A DNA stretch of 64,000 nucleotides, from the NCBI RefSeq assembly GCF_006345805.1, contig NC_043020.1, positions 7,564,001-7,628,000 of the forward strand, read 5' to 3'. The notes under the pieces were generated by a model. It saw only the letters and a list, made by a program, of their open reading frames with translations, had not been told where the DNA came from and ran no database searches. The translations under genes and the position numbers were made by a program. Positions 11,749-25,494 of the stretch are shown here, piece by piece (positions within the stretch are counted from its first letter, which is position 1; the number at the start of each line of letters is the position of its first letter). The stretch is from Octopus sinensis. Lineage: Eukaryota.

Positions 11749-12339
11749 GTAAGTATCTTCTCTTTGAATTCCATACTGTCCTTTTTACTGTCTTCTCTTC
11801 ACATTGCTACTGTGTCCCTTTAAATATTTGCTTCATACATCTCTAAGCATCTACTCAAGTAATTAACCCTTTTCATACCAACCTGCCTGAGACTGACAAA
11901 AATTTCTTGTTTAACCCCTTGCAGGTGAGAAGAGGTTCTGACTGCATCGAAACAGTGTGTGCATGAGCAGTGTGATGCCTTGCTCTGTGTGGCACCGTGT
12001 TTTCAAATAGACCACCCTATTTGTAAATACACTGTAAAGAATTTGTAAATACTGTAAAATTCCTTATATGGAAAATTATGTAGTTACTGAATGGCCTAAT
12101 ACCAGATACACACCATGGATTGTCAGTACTAAATCTGTCTGCGAGGGGTTAAAATGATTTTGATTAAAAATTTTCCCATCAAAATTTCATTTTAATTTAT
12201 GTTTCAAACACCAACTGGTGATTGGAACATAAGTTAACATAAAATGCTGATGGCAAAATTATTTTACTAAATCCCTTATTTTCCAAAATTAATTGAAGCA
12301 AATAACAGAAATATTTTTATTTTTCTCTGTAGTTTCAGC

Positions 12340-12720
12340 TCAGAGCTGTGGCCATGCTGATGTACCGTCATTTTGCTACACTGTTATTACTGAGAGCCTC
12401 CTCCAATATGTGGCACTTGGTGAAGAATGGATTTGATATAGCTACCCTCATTTGCACCTCTTGCCTTGATGTAGGATCATCTGGGACTCTTGACAGGAAG
12501 AGGTCCAGCTTTGATTTAAAAACACCTACATCTACTTTGTGCAGGTTCCTCAGGCTCTTTGGGAGAACATTAAAAAGCTGTGGGCCCTTGAAACCCAGGC
12601 TGTTGCAGTAACTGGTCCTGAAGTGCAATGGCATAGCTGGGATCTTTGGCACTATGCAGTGTTGTCCCATTCTAGCATTGGTGTAGCTTTCAATGCTAAA
12701 TGGTGTAGCTTTCAATGCCA
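12340..12720 (-). mobile_element. CR1/L2-group LINE ORF2 C-terminal fragment
   Basis: Track ORF 12368..12715 contains NSLGFKGPQLFNVLPKSLRN...VFKSKLDLFLSRVPDDP, a typical CR1-group ORF2 C-terminus. Confidence 0.75.
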
Positions 12721-12879
12721 GTATGGTAACAAAACATTAAAATTATCTTAATTAAAACCTTCCTTCAAAATATCATGTTTATTATGATCCAAACACCAAA
12801 TTAATAACAAAATTATTTTACGAAATTCTTCATTATTTTCGAAATTCATTGAGTCAAAGGCAGTGTATTTCAACAGATA

Positions 12880-13330
12880 TATGGTAACAAAAGGGTTAAA
12901 GTGATCCCAACTAGAATTTTCCATTAGAATTTCATGTTAATTTACTTTCCAAACACCAGCTTAATAATGACCATTGCTTTGCTAAGTTCTTCATTATCTT
13001 CAAAATGAATTGAAACATATATGGTAACAAAAGGGTTAAAGTGATCCAAATTACAATTTTCCATTAGAATTTCATGTTAATTTACTTTCTAAACACCAGC
13101 TTAATAATGACCATTGCTTTGCTAAGTTCTTCATTATCTTCAAAATGAATTGAAACATATATGGTAACAAAAGGGTTAAAGTGATCTAAATTAGAATCTT
13201 CCATTAAAGTTGCATGTTAATTCTTGTTACAAACGCCAGCTTCATTATGACAGTTGCTTTATGAAATTCTTTATTATTTTCAAAATCAATTGGAACAAAG
13301 GTAGTGTATTTCAGCAGAAATCTGGTAACA
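12880..13330. repeat. About three 122-bp tandem units at the end of a TTAACCCTTT-type element
   Basis: atatggtaacaaaagggttaaagtgatc recurs at about 12879, 13019 and 13159. Confidence 0.75.
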
Positions 13331-13989
13331 AAAACGGCTAAATTACTTCCTGTTTCATATTGCCTTCATCTTATTTGTTTCTTCTCATGTCCATTTAGTC
13401 TCCTTTATTTGCATTTCATGATGTTCCACAAGACCCTGGTTCTCTACAAACATTTTACTGTCTCCATACATGTATGTATGGTCTCTATATATTCCAAGTC
13501 TTCAAATGTTTACTGTCTAAATTCTCCTTTCACTATTTAAAAAAAAACCAACCCTCCCTTGTTATTTTTTGCTGTGTTGACATAAGGGTCATCTAATTAC
13601 ATCTCGTGGTACCTACACAACCAGGCATGGGTACCCTCTGACAATCAATCCACATGTGGCAAACACACAAAATGTCACGGTAATACAATCATTATTACTT
13701 CTTACTAAAATTTTGTAACCCAATCTTAAGGCCCTTCGGTGATAAACTTACTTTGGGTTATATATTATGTACTGTGATCTAAATATGGTATTTTAAAAAT
13801 TATTCTTTATTTGAAATTGCCCGATTGATAATAAGCAATGTCTTGTAAGGGCTGCTGCTCTATAGATGTTACCCATGCCTGTAAAATACTAAAGAGCCCC
13901 TTTTATATATTTTACTGTATCTAAACAAATTATATGACTTTGCTACATTCCACCATCCTGTCGTAAATAAAGGTCTCCCCCACCTCCAC

Positions 13990-14450
13990 TGTATTTAAAT
14001 GTCCACTTTTTACATTTCACTGTGTCGGTATAAGGATCAACTTACCTTTCACAATGTTCATATAAGGGTTGTTTTCTTGCATTTCACAATGTCTTTATCA
14101 AGGTCATCTGCTTACATTTCACAATGTCCATAGAAGCGTCATCTTACATTTCATGATGTCCATATGAGAGTCATCTGTTTATATTTCAGGTTGTTCATAT
14201 AAGAGTAATTGTCTTACATTTCACAGTATCCATATACAGGTTATCTTTTATTTCACAGTATCCATATAAGGGTCATCTTACATTTCACGATGTCTGTTTT
14301 AGAGCCATCTACTTACATTTCATGATGTCCATAGAAGGATCATCTTATATTTAATAATGTCCATAAAAGTGTCATCTACTTACATTTCACAGTACCCAGA
14401 TAAAAGTTCTTACATTTCACAGTTTAAGGGTCATACATTTCACAATGTAG
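13990..14450. repeat. Degenerate minisatellite of about 30 bp (cttacatttcacaatgtccatataagggtcat)
   Basis: More than 10 recognisable ttacatttca cores. Confidence 0.85.
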
Positions 14451-16374
14451 TTTAGTCACCACCCACAAGGGAGTATGACTTAGTCACTTGTACCATGTTT
14501 TTTTCTAATTGCATCAGGTACCTGTATATTGATGAGCAAACCTAGACACCCTCTTGACTCTCCCACCCTTGCTCCAGTAAAACATCAAGGATTCAACAGC
14601 TGGAGGGAGAGAGAGAGAGAGGAATAGAGGGTGGTACCAGCCATTTAGTTGGTCTGGTACTGCTTTTAGCTGAGGAGACTAGAACAACATAAAACCATGT
14701 GTCTTGCCCAAGGTCTCAATACACTACACAGTCCAAGAATTGAATCCACAACTTCATGATTTTGAACTCAACACCTTAACCATTAGGCCGCGCTCTGTGA
14801 ATTGCCATTTCATCAGGTGCACTAAAATATTTACATCATCTTGCCCTTCTACAATACTTGGCCAACAGTCTGTTTGCATTACATAAAGTCCATTTAGAAC
14901 CCATGTTCCCATTTGGAAATGTTCGCTAAAATCTGTCTTTAAATTCTACAATATCCATGTTGGCCATTAATCAGTGTATGTCATTTTGAAAGTAAAGGTT
15001 CTGCTGAGGGGTAAAAGAGTACAACAGGGGTCGCCACCACCCCCTGCTGGAGCCTCGGGGAGCTTTAGGTGTTTTCACTCAATAAACACATACAATGCCC
15101 GGTCTCAGAATCGAAACCGCAATCCTCTGACCGCGAGTCCGCTACCCTAACCACAGGGTCATTGCACTTCCACCCTTTAAGATATATTGTGCTTAAAAAT
15201 ACAGCATACCTCAAAGCTAGTCAAAACAAAATAAGTCGTAAAAGAAAGTGACAGAAGTAAAAGAAATACAGGAAAGTGACAGATATTAAAATTTCTTGGG
15301 CATTTCTGCTCCTCAGTACCACACACTAATCCACTACCAAAACGACTTGTCTTGTCCAGCTCGAGGTATTTGCTGATGAACAAATGAGTTGCACAGAGAG
15401 GCTTATCTCAGTATCTGTCTACCAAATCCACTCACAAGGCTTTGGTTAGTCTAGGGTTATAGTAGAAGACACTTGCTCAAGGTGACACACAGTGGGACTG
15501 AACCTAGATCCACATGACTGGAAAACGAATTTCTTAACCACTCAACCAACATATATGACTAATCATTCAATGTGCCGATGAAAAAGGGTTCTCCATAATT
15601 GAACCCTTTAGCATAAAAGCCAGCCATACCTGGCCTAATATTCTTCTTGCCCTGTGTTCAGTTCAGCCAGATCTGGTCTCTCACACTTACCCAATACCGT
15701 TCTAGAAATAAGCAGTCGCATCATGAAAATCTTGAAGCTATGAGATAATGTATGACTAATTCAAAACCATGTGAATAAAAAAATATCGTATTTGACAGAG
15801 TAATCTGAATGCTAAATGGTTAATCTCTTATCTAGAGGTTGCTAATCTGAAAAATTTTAATCTTATTAGCAACAATTCATCTCAGATATTTTGACATTTC
15901 ATGTGATAGGGTCGAATATATTTACAAAAGACTCCTACTTTTAAACAAATATACTTTCTACTTCATTAAAAACATAAATATTATAAATTTACACCATTGT
16001 CCTTCAACATCCACTTTTCCATGCCTGCATGGGTTAGATGAATCTGTTTGAGACAGATTTTTTTATCATTGGATAAAAGGATAAAAGCACTGGATGCTTT
16101 TCCTGTCACTAACCCTCACCTGTTTCCTATGGCTAGACATGTTTTCATGGAAGACTGGAAATGAACAACCCCTCTTCCCTTTGCATGACGATGATTTACA
16201 ACCATCTCATGATATCAAGACAAGGGTACACATACACACAAACGCACGTGCACACACACACACACACACATACATTCATATAGGGATTCTTTCAGTTTTT
16301 GTCTACCAAATCTATTCACAAGGCTTTGGTGGGCCCAGAGCAAAGTACTGTACAGTGGGACTGAACCTAAGACC

Positions 16375-16535
16375 CACTAGCATAGCTAGAGTGTGTGCTG
16401 CCCGGGGTGCCCCCTTCCGCCGTTTGCCACCCCTGGACCACACAAAAAGACATATTGTCTACAGCAGAGCCAAAAGGACTGTCCCTTTAAAAGTGCTGCC
16501 CAGGGCGGACTCCCCCCACCCAAGCTACGCTAGTG
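16375..16535. mobile_element. hAT-like MITE inserted into a SINE
   Basis: TIRs CACTAGCATAGCT / AGCTACGCTAGTG (12 of 13 match); 8-bp TSD ctaagacc (16367-16374) / ccaagacc (16536-16543). Confidence 0.75.
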
Positions 16536-17374
16536 CCAAGACCACATCGTTAGGCAACAAGCTCCTTAATCACACAGTCACACCTTTGTCTCTCAATATT
16601 ACTAATTAAAATACTCCACCCCTTTCAGACCCCACCACCCTCTATGGCTACCCGATGATGAGACTAATCAAACCTAGTTACCACCTTCTTTAACAAATGT
16701 AACTTAGACTTTTATTTAAAAACAAATAAAGGACTGATTTATATCAAACAGTGTAAGTCCCTCGGAGTATTACAACTGGACCCTTACAGGGTGACTTTTT
16801 AAAATGCTCCCCACATTTAAATCTATGGCTGTCTTATGTCTAAGTTATCTGGTCAGATTTATTCTTATGGTCTTTTGTTCTTCTACTTGTCTCAGTCATT
16901 TGACTGTGGCCATGTTGGAGCACCACCTAAAAGGGTTTTAGTTAAAGAAATCAATCCCCAGGATTTATTCTTTGTAAGCCTAGTACTTATTCTGTTGGCC
17001 TCTTTTTCCAAACTGCTAAGTTACGGGGACATAAACACACCAGCATCAGTTGTCAAATGTTAGTCTTTAGGGTAACTAACTGTCTTGGAGCAAGACAGAA
17101 CTTGTCTTTCTGTTTGGGAACATTCACTAAAATCTGTCTTTAAATTCTGCAATATCTGTGTAGGCCATTAATTTTGGATGCCATTTCGAAAGTAATGGTT
17201 CTGCTGAAGTTAGAAATGCAGTCAGGTACCATGTCTACTTGCAAGAATACGACATGAATGTGCAACCTTGATCAAACTGATTAAAGGATAGTTTAGATGC
17301 AAATATTGTTTAAAAAGAAGCAAAAAAACCTTCATCTCTGCAGAAAACAAAGTCTGTAGTTTGAAGAACTGTAA

Positions 17375-17605
17375 TCATCATCATCATCATCATCGTTTAG
17401 TGTCCTCTTTCCATGCTAGCATGGGTTGGACGGTTCAACTGGGGTCTGGGAAGCCAGAAGGCTGCACCAGACCTAGTCTGATCTGGCAGAGTTTCTACAT
17501 CTGGATGCCCTTCCTAACACCAACCACTCCATGAGTGTAGTGGGTGCTTTTTACGTGCCAGGCGAGGTTGACAATGGCCATGATCGGATGGTGCTTTTTA
17601 TGTGC
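17375..17605 (-). mobile_element. RTE 3'-end fragment
   Basis: (CAT)n + cgtttagtgtcc...gatgcccttcctaacaccaaccactcc, the same tail family. Similar copies occur at about 1081-1260, 5318-5575, 29625-29990 and 33727-33975. Confidence 0.8.
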
Positions 17606-19024
17606 TATTCACATCCAGGTCTTTGCTGAGGAATGTTAGTCTGGTTGCTTTGGGGTTATATGGGTGGGTGGGTGGAGAGTCATCAGGGAGAGAGTGCTTC
17701 TTGAAGAGCTTTAGTTATTAAAATACAGGACCTCCCCCTGTTCAGTTTTACTCTCTTTGGTTATCCTACATTTAGACTGTCTAGTTAGATCTGTCTTTGG
17801 TTATTTTTAAGTTTTTGAAATTCTGCAAAGATTCTTTTTTAATAGTAAGTTTATTTGCCAACATGATGTGGCAGTCCTACACAAGGATAATGTTACTGTT
17901 ATTTAGCCCCAGGCAAAAATCTTTTCCAGTTGGCTACCGACGCACAGTTTGTGTCTGTGTAGTATATTACAAGGGAGGTCCTCGCTCCCATCTCTAGCCT
18001 TACGTGATACAGACCTAAGATTCTGGGTGGTTACCCACCCTTAATGTGAGACAACTACTAAAGACAGTTTTTATTTGAATAAACTGCATAAATCGCTTAA
18101 TGGTATTTTATTTGTCTCTACGTCCTGGGTTCAAATTCTGCTGAAGTAGACTTTGTTTTCCATTCTTTTGGGTTAATAAAATTAGTACCAGTTAAGCACT
18201 GGGGTTGATGTAATTGACTTACACCCACCCTCCCACTGAAATTACTGGCCCTGTGCCAAAATTTGAAACCAATATCATCCTTGCATGATAATTTTTTTTT
18301 GAATTTTGGCAAAAGGACAGCAATTTTAAGTAGAGGGCTTTAGTTGTACCTGAGTGGTACTTTTTTTTATCAACCCCCAACCCCTGCACTTGAGTGGCAC
18401 TTTACTTTATTGGCCTTGAAAGGATGAATAATGCAGTCAACCTTGGTGGGATTTGAACCCAGATCATAAAGAACCAAAAGGAACACCTCTAAGCATTTTG
18501 TTTGACACACTAACAATTCTGCCGGCTTAGCACCTTATCGTTACATGATAATTAATTAAATCATAAGTTGGTTTGTTTTTGCATTTTGTTTGCAAGATTC
18601 TTGATGTGAATTTGCGTGTTGAAACAAATCTTGTGTCTTGGGAGAGTCAGTACACCAGTGTGTGTGTTATTATTATTATTGGTGTAATGACTGTCCCAAG
18701 ACACATTTTAAGTAGTTTTAAACTTTTTAATTTCATGTATGATCACAACTGATGTTACATGTTTCGATTCAAATACTCCTCTGGAAATTGGTTGGCGCTT
18801 GTGTTTCATGATCCAAAAGATTAGTCACCGTCACACTCAGTGCTTGACATGGTTGTTTTTGGATTGAAAGTTCAGTCAAGGTTTGACTCTGCGTTTCTTA
18901 CTTTTGGTGAGGCCAAGATCCAACCCTTCATGTTTAATGTCTGTCCTGAAGAAAGTAGAAAACAAATTTAAATAAATAAAAGAAAATGGCCAGGAAAAAA
19001 ATGGTTTAATGGTTTCATTTGTAG

Positions 19025-19135
19025 ATTCCCATTACGCTTGACTCCACTAAACAGGAAGAAATACGAAGCCAAAGGCAGTGACAGCGAAATATCTCAAGAA
19101 AATTCTACATCTTCCGATTACAGTTCTTCGAAAAG
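19025..19135 (+). CDS. DCDC2: DCDC2-like exon (FPLRLTPLNRKKYEAKGSDSEISQENSTSSDYSSSKR)
   Basis: tttcatttgtag acceptor; 111 nt, phase 2/2; donor AG|gtagga; open in the frame set by the previous exon. Confidence 0.8.
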
Positions 19136-19651
19136 GTAGGATTGTGTCTGCAATTCGTAGGAGTGGTTGTTAAAATGTTTATGTCTCTAATGTCCTTAAG
19201 GGGCCCTTAAGAAGGGGTTAGTTTCTAGATTAGCTCTGGTGTGATAAATGACAAACCAGATGGACGATGTGCTTACTCTTCATCTGTTTCAAATATGATG
19301 ATGGTTAATTACAAATAACATTCCCCTCCAGGGTCTTAGGGCTTATTTCGATGATCACTGTGTTTACCTTCGGTCTCAGGGTGTTTATGAAGGTGCGTGG
19401 CCTAGGGGTTGGGGTGTGACACTCATAATCGTGAGATCTTGGTTTCAATTCCCAGAGTGGTGGTGCATTGACATTCTTGAGCAAAACACTTCATTTAATT
19501 TTGCTTCCGTCCACTCAGCTGTAAATGGTTGACTCTACAACTGACAATTGGGATGGCATCATTTGGGAAGCTATGAGAAAGTGAATTGCGACCAACAGTG
19601 TATAACATCTGGTAGTTTGTTTGATACAGTGATATATATATATATACATAC

Positions 19652-19696
<45 letters not shown>

Positions 19697-19704
19697 AGTA
19701 ACTA

Positions 19705-19955
19705 CATGCTGGTGGCATGTAAAAGCACCATCGAAATGTGGTCAATGCCAGCCCTCTCTGGCCCTGGTGCTGGTGGCAAGTAAAAAGTGCCCACTACACT
19801 CTCGGAGTGGTTGGCATTAGGAAGGGCATCCAGCTGTAGAAACACTGCCAGATCAGATTGGAGCCTGGTGCAGCCTCCTGACTTTCCAGACCCCAGCTGA
19901 ACCGTTCAAACCATGCCTGCATGGAAAACAGATGTTAAACGATGATGATGATGGC
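19705..19955 (+). mobile_element. RTE 3'-end fragment, + orientation
   Basis: ggcattaggaagggcatccagctgtagaaac...gttaaacgatgatgatg is the reverse complement of the LINE terminus. Similar copies occur at 36880-36935 and 53455-53580. Confidence 0.8.
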
Positions 19956-20941
19956 GATGATGAATCAGTATCCTTGAGATTAGTACATTATAGTCCATAT
20001 CACCCCTGGACATCCGGTTGATCATCATAATTGATTCATTTCATCAGGCGATACTGCATTAGTGGTTGAATCACAGAGGGACGTTATCCCTTCTTTCCCA
20101 GTATGGAGGCCAATATGATTGGCCTTCTCACTGGCAAGAAGGGATAAGCATAGAGGGTTTTTTTAGTTGAAGAAATCAATCCCAGAAATTATTCTTTGTA
20201 AGCCTAGTACTTATTCTATCGGTCACTTTTGCTGAACTGCTAAATTACATGGATGTAAACACACCAACATTAGTTGTCAATTGATGGGGGAGGGGGGACA
20301 AACATGGACACAAAGACACACACATAAATATATACATACATACAGATGTGTGTGTGTGTATGGTGGGCTTCTTTCAGTTTCTCTCTGCCATATCCACTCA
20401 CAAGGCTCCAGATTATCTGAGAATATTATCTGCACTAAATGACCATCATATCTTGTGAGGTTGATGGTGGTGGTGGTGGGGGATTGAATTATTTATCTTA
20501 TCTTTTCTAACATCATCAAACAAGAGATAAGTAGTAGCTCCTACCCCCGCCACTTCCATAAATGACCCCCCCCACTCCACCCTTATGGTTTTTGTAAGCA
20601 TTTACATTTACTAAAAAATCTGTTGCATGTAACAGAAGCCGTACTAGATTAAAAAAGCCATCTGTGTATCACACTTAATGCAAATACATTGTGAAACGGC
20701 AAATTCCACCTTGATGGATTTTCTCTGTAGCATCTACCAGCTGCCAACCATATGCTATCTCAAATCCATCGCAACACCATTGATCTTTTTTATCAGTCAC
20801 TGTTTTCTTTCACCAGTGATGGATTTTGTCTTAGCATGAAGTCAACAGTAAGTAAATACTACTGATGAAGCTCAAAAAGAGAGAAATGCACATCTAATGC
20901 TTTCACTACAGCTGCTGAACAATTTTCATCTGCTCCCGATA

Positions 20942-21512
20942 TATGAGGTCTGATGAAAAATAGTATAGGGACTATTACTATGGTAACAGAGTTAAATACA
21001 CAGTGAAGCCCCTTGGCACAGATTGGCCTTGAACTCTGTTGCATATGCACACGAAGTTGTAGTGTTTGTGCTCAATTCTGTTGTTTGTAACAGAGCTTGG
21101 AAGTAAAGTGTGTAGAGTGTGGTCGTCTGGAAAAGAAAATCAGGTTCCAGCTGTGCAGGATCTCCTTGATTGCATCGAGGAAGACAAAAACTTTTAAAGA
21201 CAGTCAAAACAAGTGATGAATCATGGGTTTATGGTTATGACACCAAAACCAAGGCTCAGTCTTCACAATGGAAGACCCCCAACAAGATTTCAAGACATTG
21301 AATAAATCCAACAGAATGGAATGAGACAACTTCTTGCTGTCCTAGAAAAGGAGTTCAAGGAATGCTTCCAACAATGGCAAAAAACAATGCTGGATAAAAG
21401 GTGTATGGCTTCAGAAGGGGTCTATTTTGAAGGGGATTAAATGCCAAATTGGTATCTGTTGTAGTTTTACTTTTATAGCCCCATTCCTGGTACTTTTTGA
21501 TCAGATCTTGTA
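20942..21512 (+). mobile_element. Internally deleted mariner element with both TIRs
   Basis: TIRs TATGAGGTCTGATGAAAAA and TTTTTGATCAGATCTTGTA. Internal DESWVYGYDTKTKAQSSQWKTP is joined directly to a C-terminal EKEFKECFQQW...ASEGVYFEGD*. Confidence 0.8.
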
Positions 21513-24500
21513 TTTGTGTTTTTAGGCACAGCACATCCATATGAGATATTATCTCTGAAGGAATAAATATAATTTTTTTCACAATGTATCTGCATTAAGT
21601 ATGATAGAGAGATAGCTATATGTTACTATCTTCGATAAATATTGCATCCTTGAATGCTAAATATATTAGCGAGAAATACAAGAGGGCTGATGAGGTTTAA
21701 GAGGCCCATGATATTTTTACCATATTTTCATATGTTGTAAATCTGTCATCATCATCATCACCATCATCATCACTTTAACGTCCCATTTATCATACTTTCA
21801 TGGGTCAGATGAAGTTTATTGAGGCAGATTTTCTTCAGCTTGATGCCCTTCCTGTCATCAACCCTCACCCGTTTCCAAGCAAAGTAATATTGCCCCATGG
21901 CCAGCATTTTCTTGTTGAATGTCATAAATGAATGACACTGCTTGTGCAACACTGACACTTATCTTCACAATTATCATATGACATCAAGACGAGGAGACCC
22001 TTCCTCACACACACACACACATGTATATACAAGGGGTCTCTTTCAGTTTCCATCAATCAAAATTATTCGCAAAGTTTTGGCTTGTCAATGGCTGTAGTAG
22101 AAAACACTTGCCCAAGGTATCACACTGTGGGACTGAACTCACAACCATGTGGAAGCTAGCAATTCCAGACACGAGAGATAGGTAGAACCCTTAGACAGGC
22201 AGTTTCTATCAAAGATTCTCTTATTTCTTTACTACCCACAACGGGCTACACACGGAGGGGACACACAAGGACAGACAAATGGATTAAGTTGATTATATCG
22301 ACCCCAGTGCGTAACTGGTATTTATTTAATCGACCCTGAAAGGATGAAAGGTAAAGTCGACCTTGGCAGACGAAATACTGCTAAGCATTTCACCCAGCAG
22401 ACGAAATACTGCTAATTGCAGACGAAATACTGCTAATTGCAGACGAAATACTGCTAAGCATTACACCCGGCGTGCTAACGTCTCTACCAGCTCACCACCT
22501 TTGCTAACGTTTCTGCCAGCTTGCTGCCTTTGCTAACGTTTCTGCCAGCTTGCCGCCTTTGCTAACGTTTCTGCCTGCTCGCCGCTTTGCTAACGTTTCT
22601 GCCAGCTCACCGCCTTGTCAGAGATTCTCTTGCCAGACATGGTCAAAGATTTTGCTAATGCCGAGAGTGACAAAATCGCTATCAGCAAAGACAAGAGCCC
22701 ACTAATGGATGACAGAAGAGGGTGGGTCACTAGTGGATCAAACTTTGTGGATGCTGTACTGGTGATGGCTCAGTGGTCAGGCTTGCAATTATGAGGTAGT
22801 GACTTCGATTCTTGGACCAGGCTGTGTTAGGTTCTTGAGCAAGACACTTTATTTCACATTGCTCCAGTTCACTCAGCTGTAAAAATGAGTTGCAACATCA
22901 CTGGTGCCAAGCTGTATCGGCCCCTTTACCTTTCCCTTGGATAATATCAGTGGTGTGGAGAGGGGGAGGCTGGTATGCATGGGCGACTGTTGGTCTTCCA
23001 TAAACAACCTGCACAGCTTGATAGAAATAATAACTACACTTGCTCAGATCACAGCCTACCTGGAAGGATTTCAGAATCAGTCCGCTCAAGCTGGAAATAA
23101 TCAGCCAAATTCCTTCAAAACCACAAAATCCTGCCATCTTAACAAAAAATGGAAAATCACTATTTATGGAAACTATTGTCAATGCTATATCTGCTATCTT
23201 TAAGATAGCATGTTCACACTAGTATACATAGTGTCTCTTTATATATCATATATATCATTATGTCATGCTATCGTGTGTATGTATGTGTGTGTGTGTGTAA
23301 TATATATATATGAGAAGAGGATAAAATCAGTGTGAGATTTAAGTTCTTGCATTTATGATTTTATTAGTTATAAAATTGTTCCCAAACCCTTTATGACTTA
23401 TTGTAGAATGCACAGACTACATGCCATGTTGCACCAATTGATTTTGAAAATGTTATTGGGAAGGTCTTGAAAAGTTAGAATAATGTATTTAGAAAGCTTA
23501 TTGTTCTAGACCAAACATAAAAAACTAATAAGGAAATATAAAAAAAAAAACTTTGATAAGAAAAAGACTTGAACATAATTGTTTTCAATACCTTTATGCA
23601 CACACACATACATGTACACACACACACACATTTTTAATGTGTAAGTTCTAGTGTTAGATTATCCTTTAATACGTTTAACACTGCCAGAAATAGTGGGCCT
23701 GTCTTAAGGTGTCAAAACCATGAAGTTATCTGATTGGTAACTGATGAGGGAAATATCCTAGTAAAGTAGGGTTTTTTTTCATTCTTATTACATGTCCCCT
23801 AGAATATTACTGATTCATATACACACATGCTTTTTATTGATTCCTTGGCATAATATAATTGAGAAGTCAGTCAGAAAATCTTACACTGATACTGTTTTCC
23901 TAAATAGTTATAGTTTATCAGGGTTGTAATTTATCAGAATACAGCAGCAGATATGACGCATATACACATGCACATGTATGTGTGTATGTGTATAGATTGA
24001 TAATATCTATCATTGTTGTTTAATGTCCACTTTTCCCAGCTTGCATGGTCAGACAGAATTTGCTGAGGCAGATTTGCTACAGTTCGGTGCTCTTCCTGTT
24101 GCCAACACTCACCTGCTTCCAAACAATGGGATATTTTCCCATGGCCAGACAGGTTTTTCATGGAAGACTAGAAACAAAATCATGCTTGTATGATGATGAT
24201 AAGAATGCTCATTGATAACCATAGACAAGGGTACACACACGAACACACACATGCATGCATGAACTTACACACACACACACACACACACACACTAACACAT
24301 GCACACACACACACAACACACACATATACGAACATACATATATACATGCATACAATGGTCTTTTTTCAGTTTCCTTATCAAATCAACTCACTTGCTTTTG
24401 GTCAACCCAAAGCGATAGCAGAAGACACTTGCTGAAGGTGCTGCGCAGAGGAATTGAAACCAAGACCACATGGTTTGGAAGGAAGCTTCTTAACCACACA

Positions 24501-24928
24501 GCTATGCCTGTGCACATATGCGCACATACACACACACACACACACACACGTGTGTGTGTGTGTGTGTTGTATGTGTAGGTACAGGTGTGGTTGTGTAGTA
24601 AGTCTGCTTCCAAACTACATGGTTCTGGGTTCAGTCCCACTCTGTGACACATTGGGTATGTGTGTATATTGATGTTGATGTGTTTAACCCTGTAACATAA
24701 CTGTTTGGCAAAAGAGACTGATAAAATAAGTAGCAGGCTTTTAAAAAAAAGGTACTGGGGTTGACTCATTCAATGAAAACTTCTTCAAGGCAGTGCCCCA
24801 GCTTGGCCACAGTCTAATGACTGAAACAAAAGATATATATATATACATATATATACACCGGAGTAAACACATAAATGTGAAACAAGGTGGAAAAAAGAGT
24901 ACTCAAATACCAGTGGTAGAGTAATATG

Positions 24929-25063
24929 CTTTATTTAAAGCAGCAGAAAATTCAACAAAACCTATTACTCTGAGTTTCACGTTACCGTTCAGAAGTCTGA
25001 TTAATGCCAACGGGAAACTCAGAGTAACAGGTTTTGTTGAATTTTCTGCTGCTTTAAATAAAG
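24929..25063. repeat. Inverted repeat with 55-bp arms and a 25-nt loop
   Basis: 24929-24983 versus 25009-25063; 2 mismatches. Confidence 0.92.
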
Positions 25064-25081
25064 TATATATATATATATATC

Positions 25082-25117
<36 letters not shown>

Positions 25118-25494
25118 TAGACACATACACAAATGGGTAGACAAACAAACACATATAGACACAGAGATAGATAGATAAATATAATGACAGACAGATAGAA
25201 CCAGATGAAATGCTTACTCATCTCTCCAGATTTGTGATTTTGTTGTATCTTAGAGATTCATCTTTATATTTACATTAGGATAAACCTTCTGTTTGTCCAT
25301 TGATTTTAGACTGTGCAGTCCTTTGTGGAGATAAAATGTATCAACCGATGTATTATTCGACACAAGTCCTTTTGCTTCAAATATATTCCAGTACAATTCT
25401 GAGACCTGGGACTCTTGAAGTAGCAGGATTTCATTCTTTATGATAGAAGGAATGAAACTGTCTGTTTTCAGAAACTTCTTACTCTTTCTTAATA

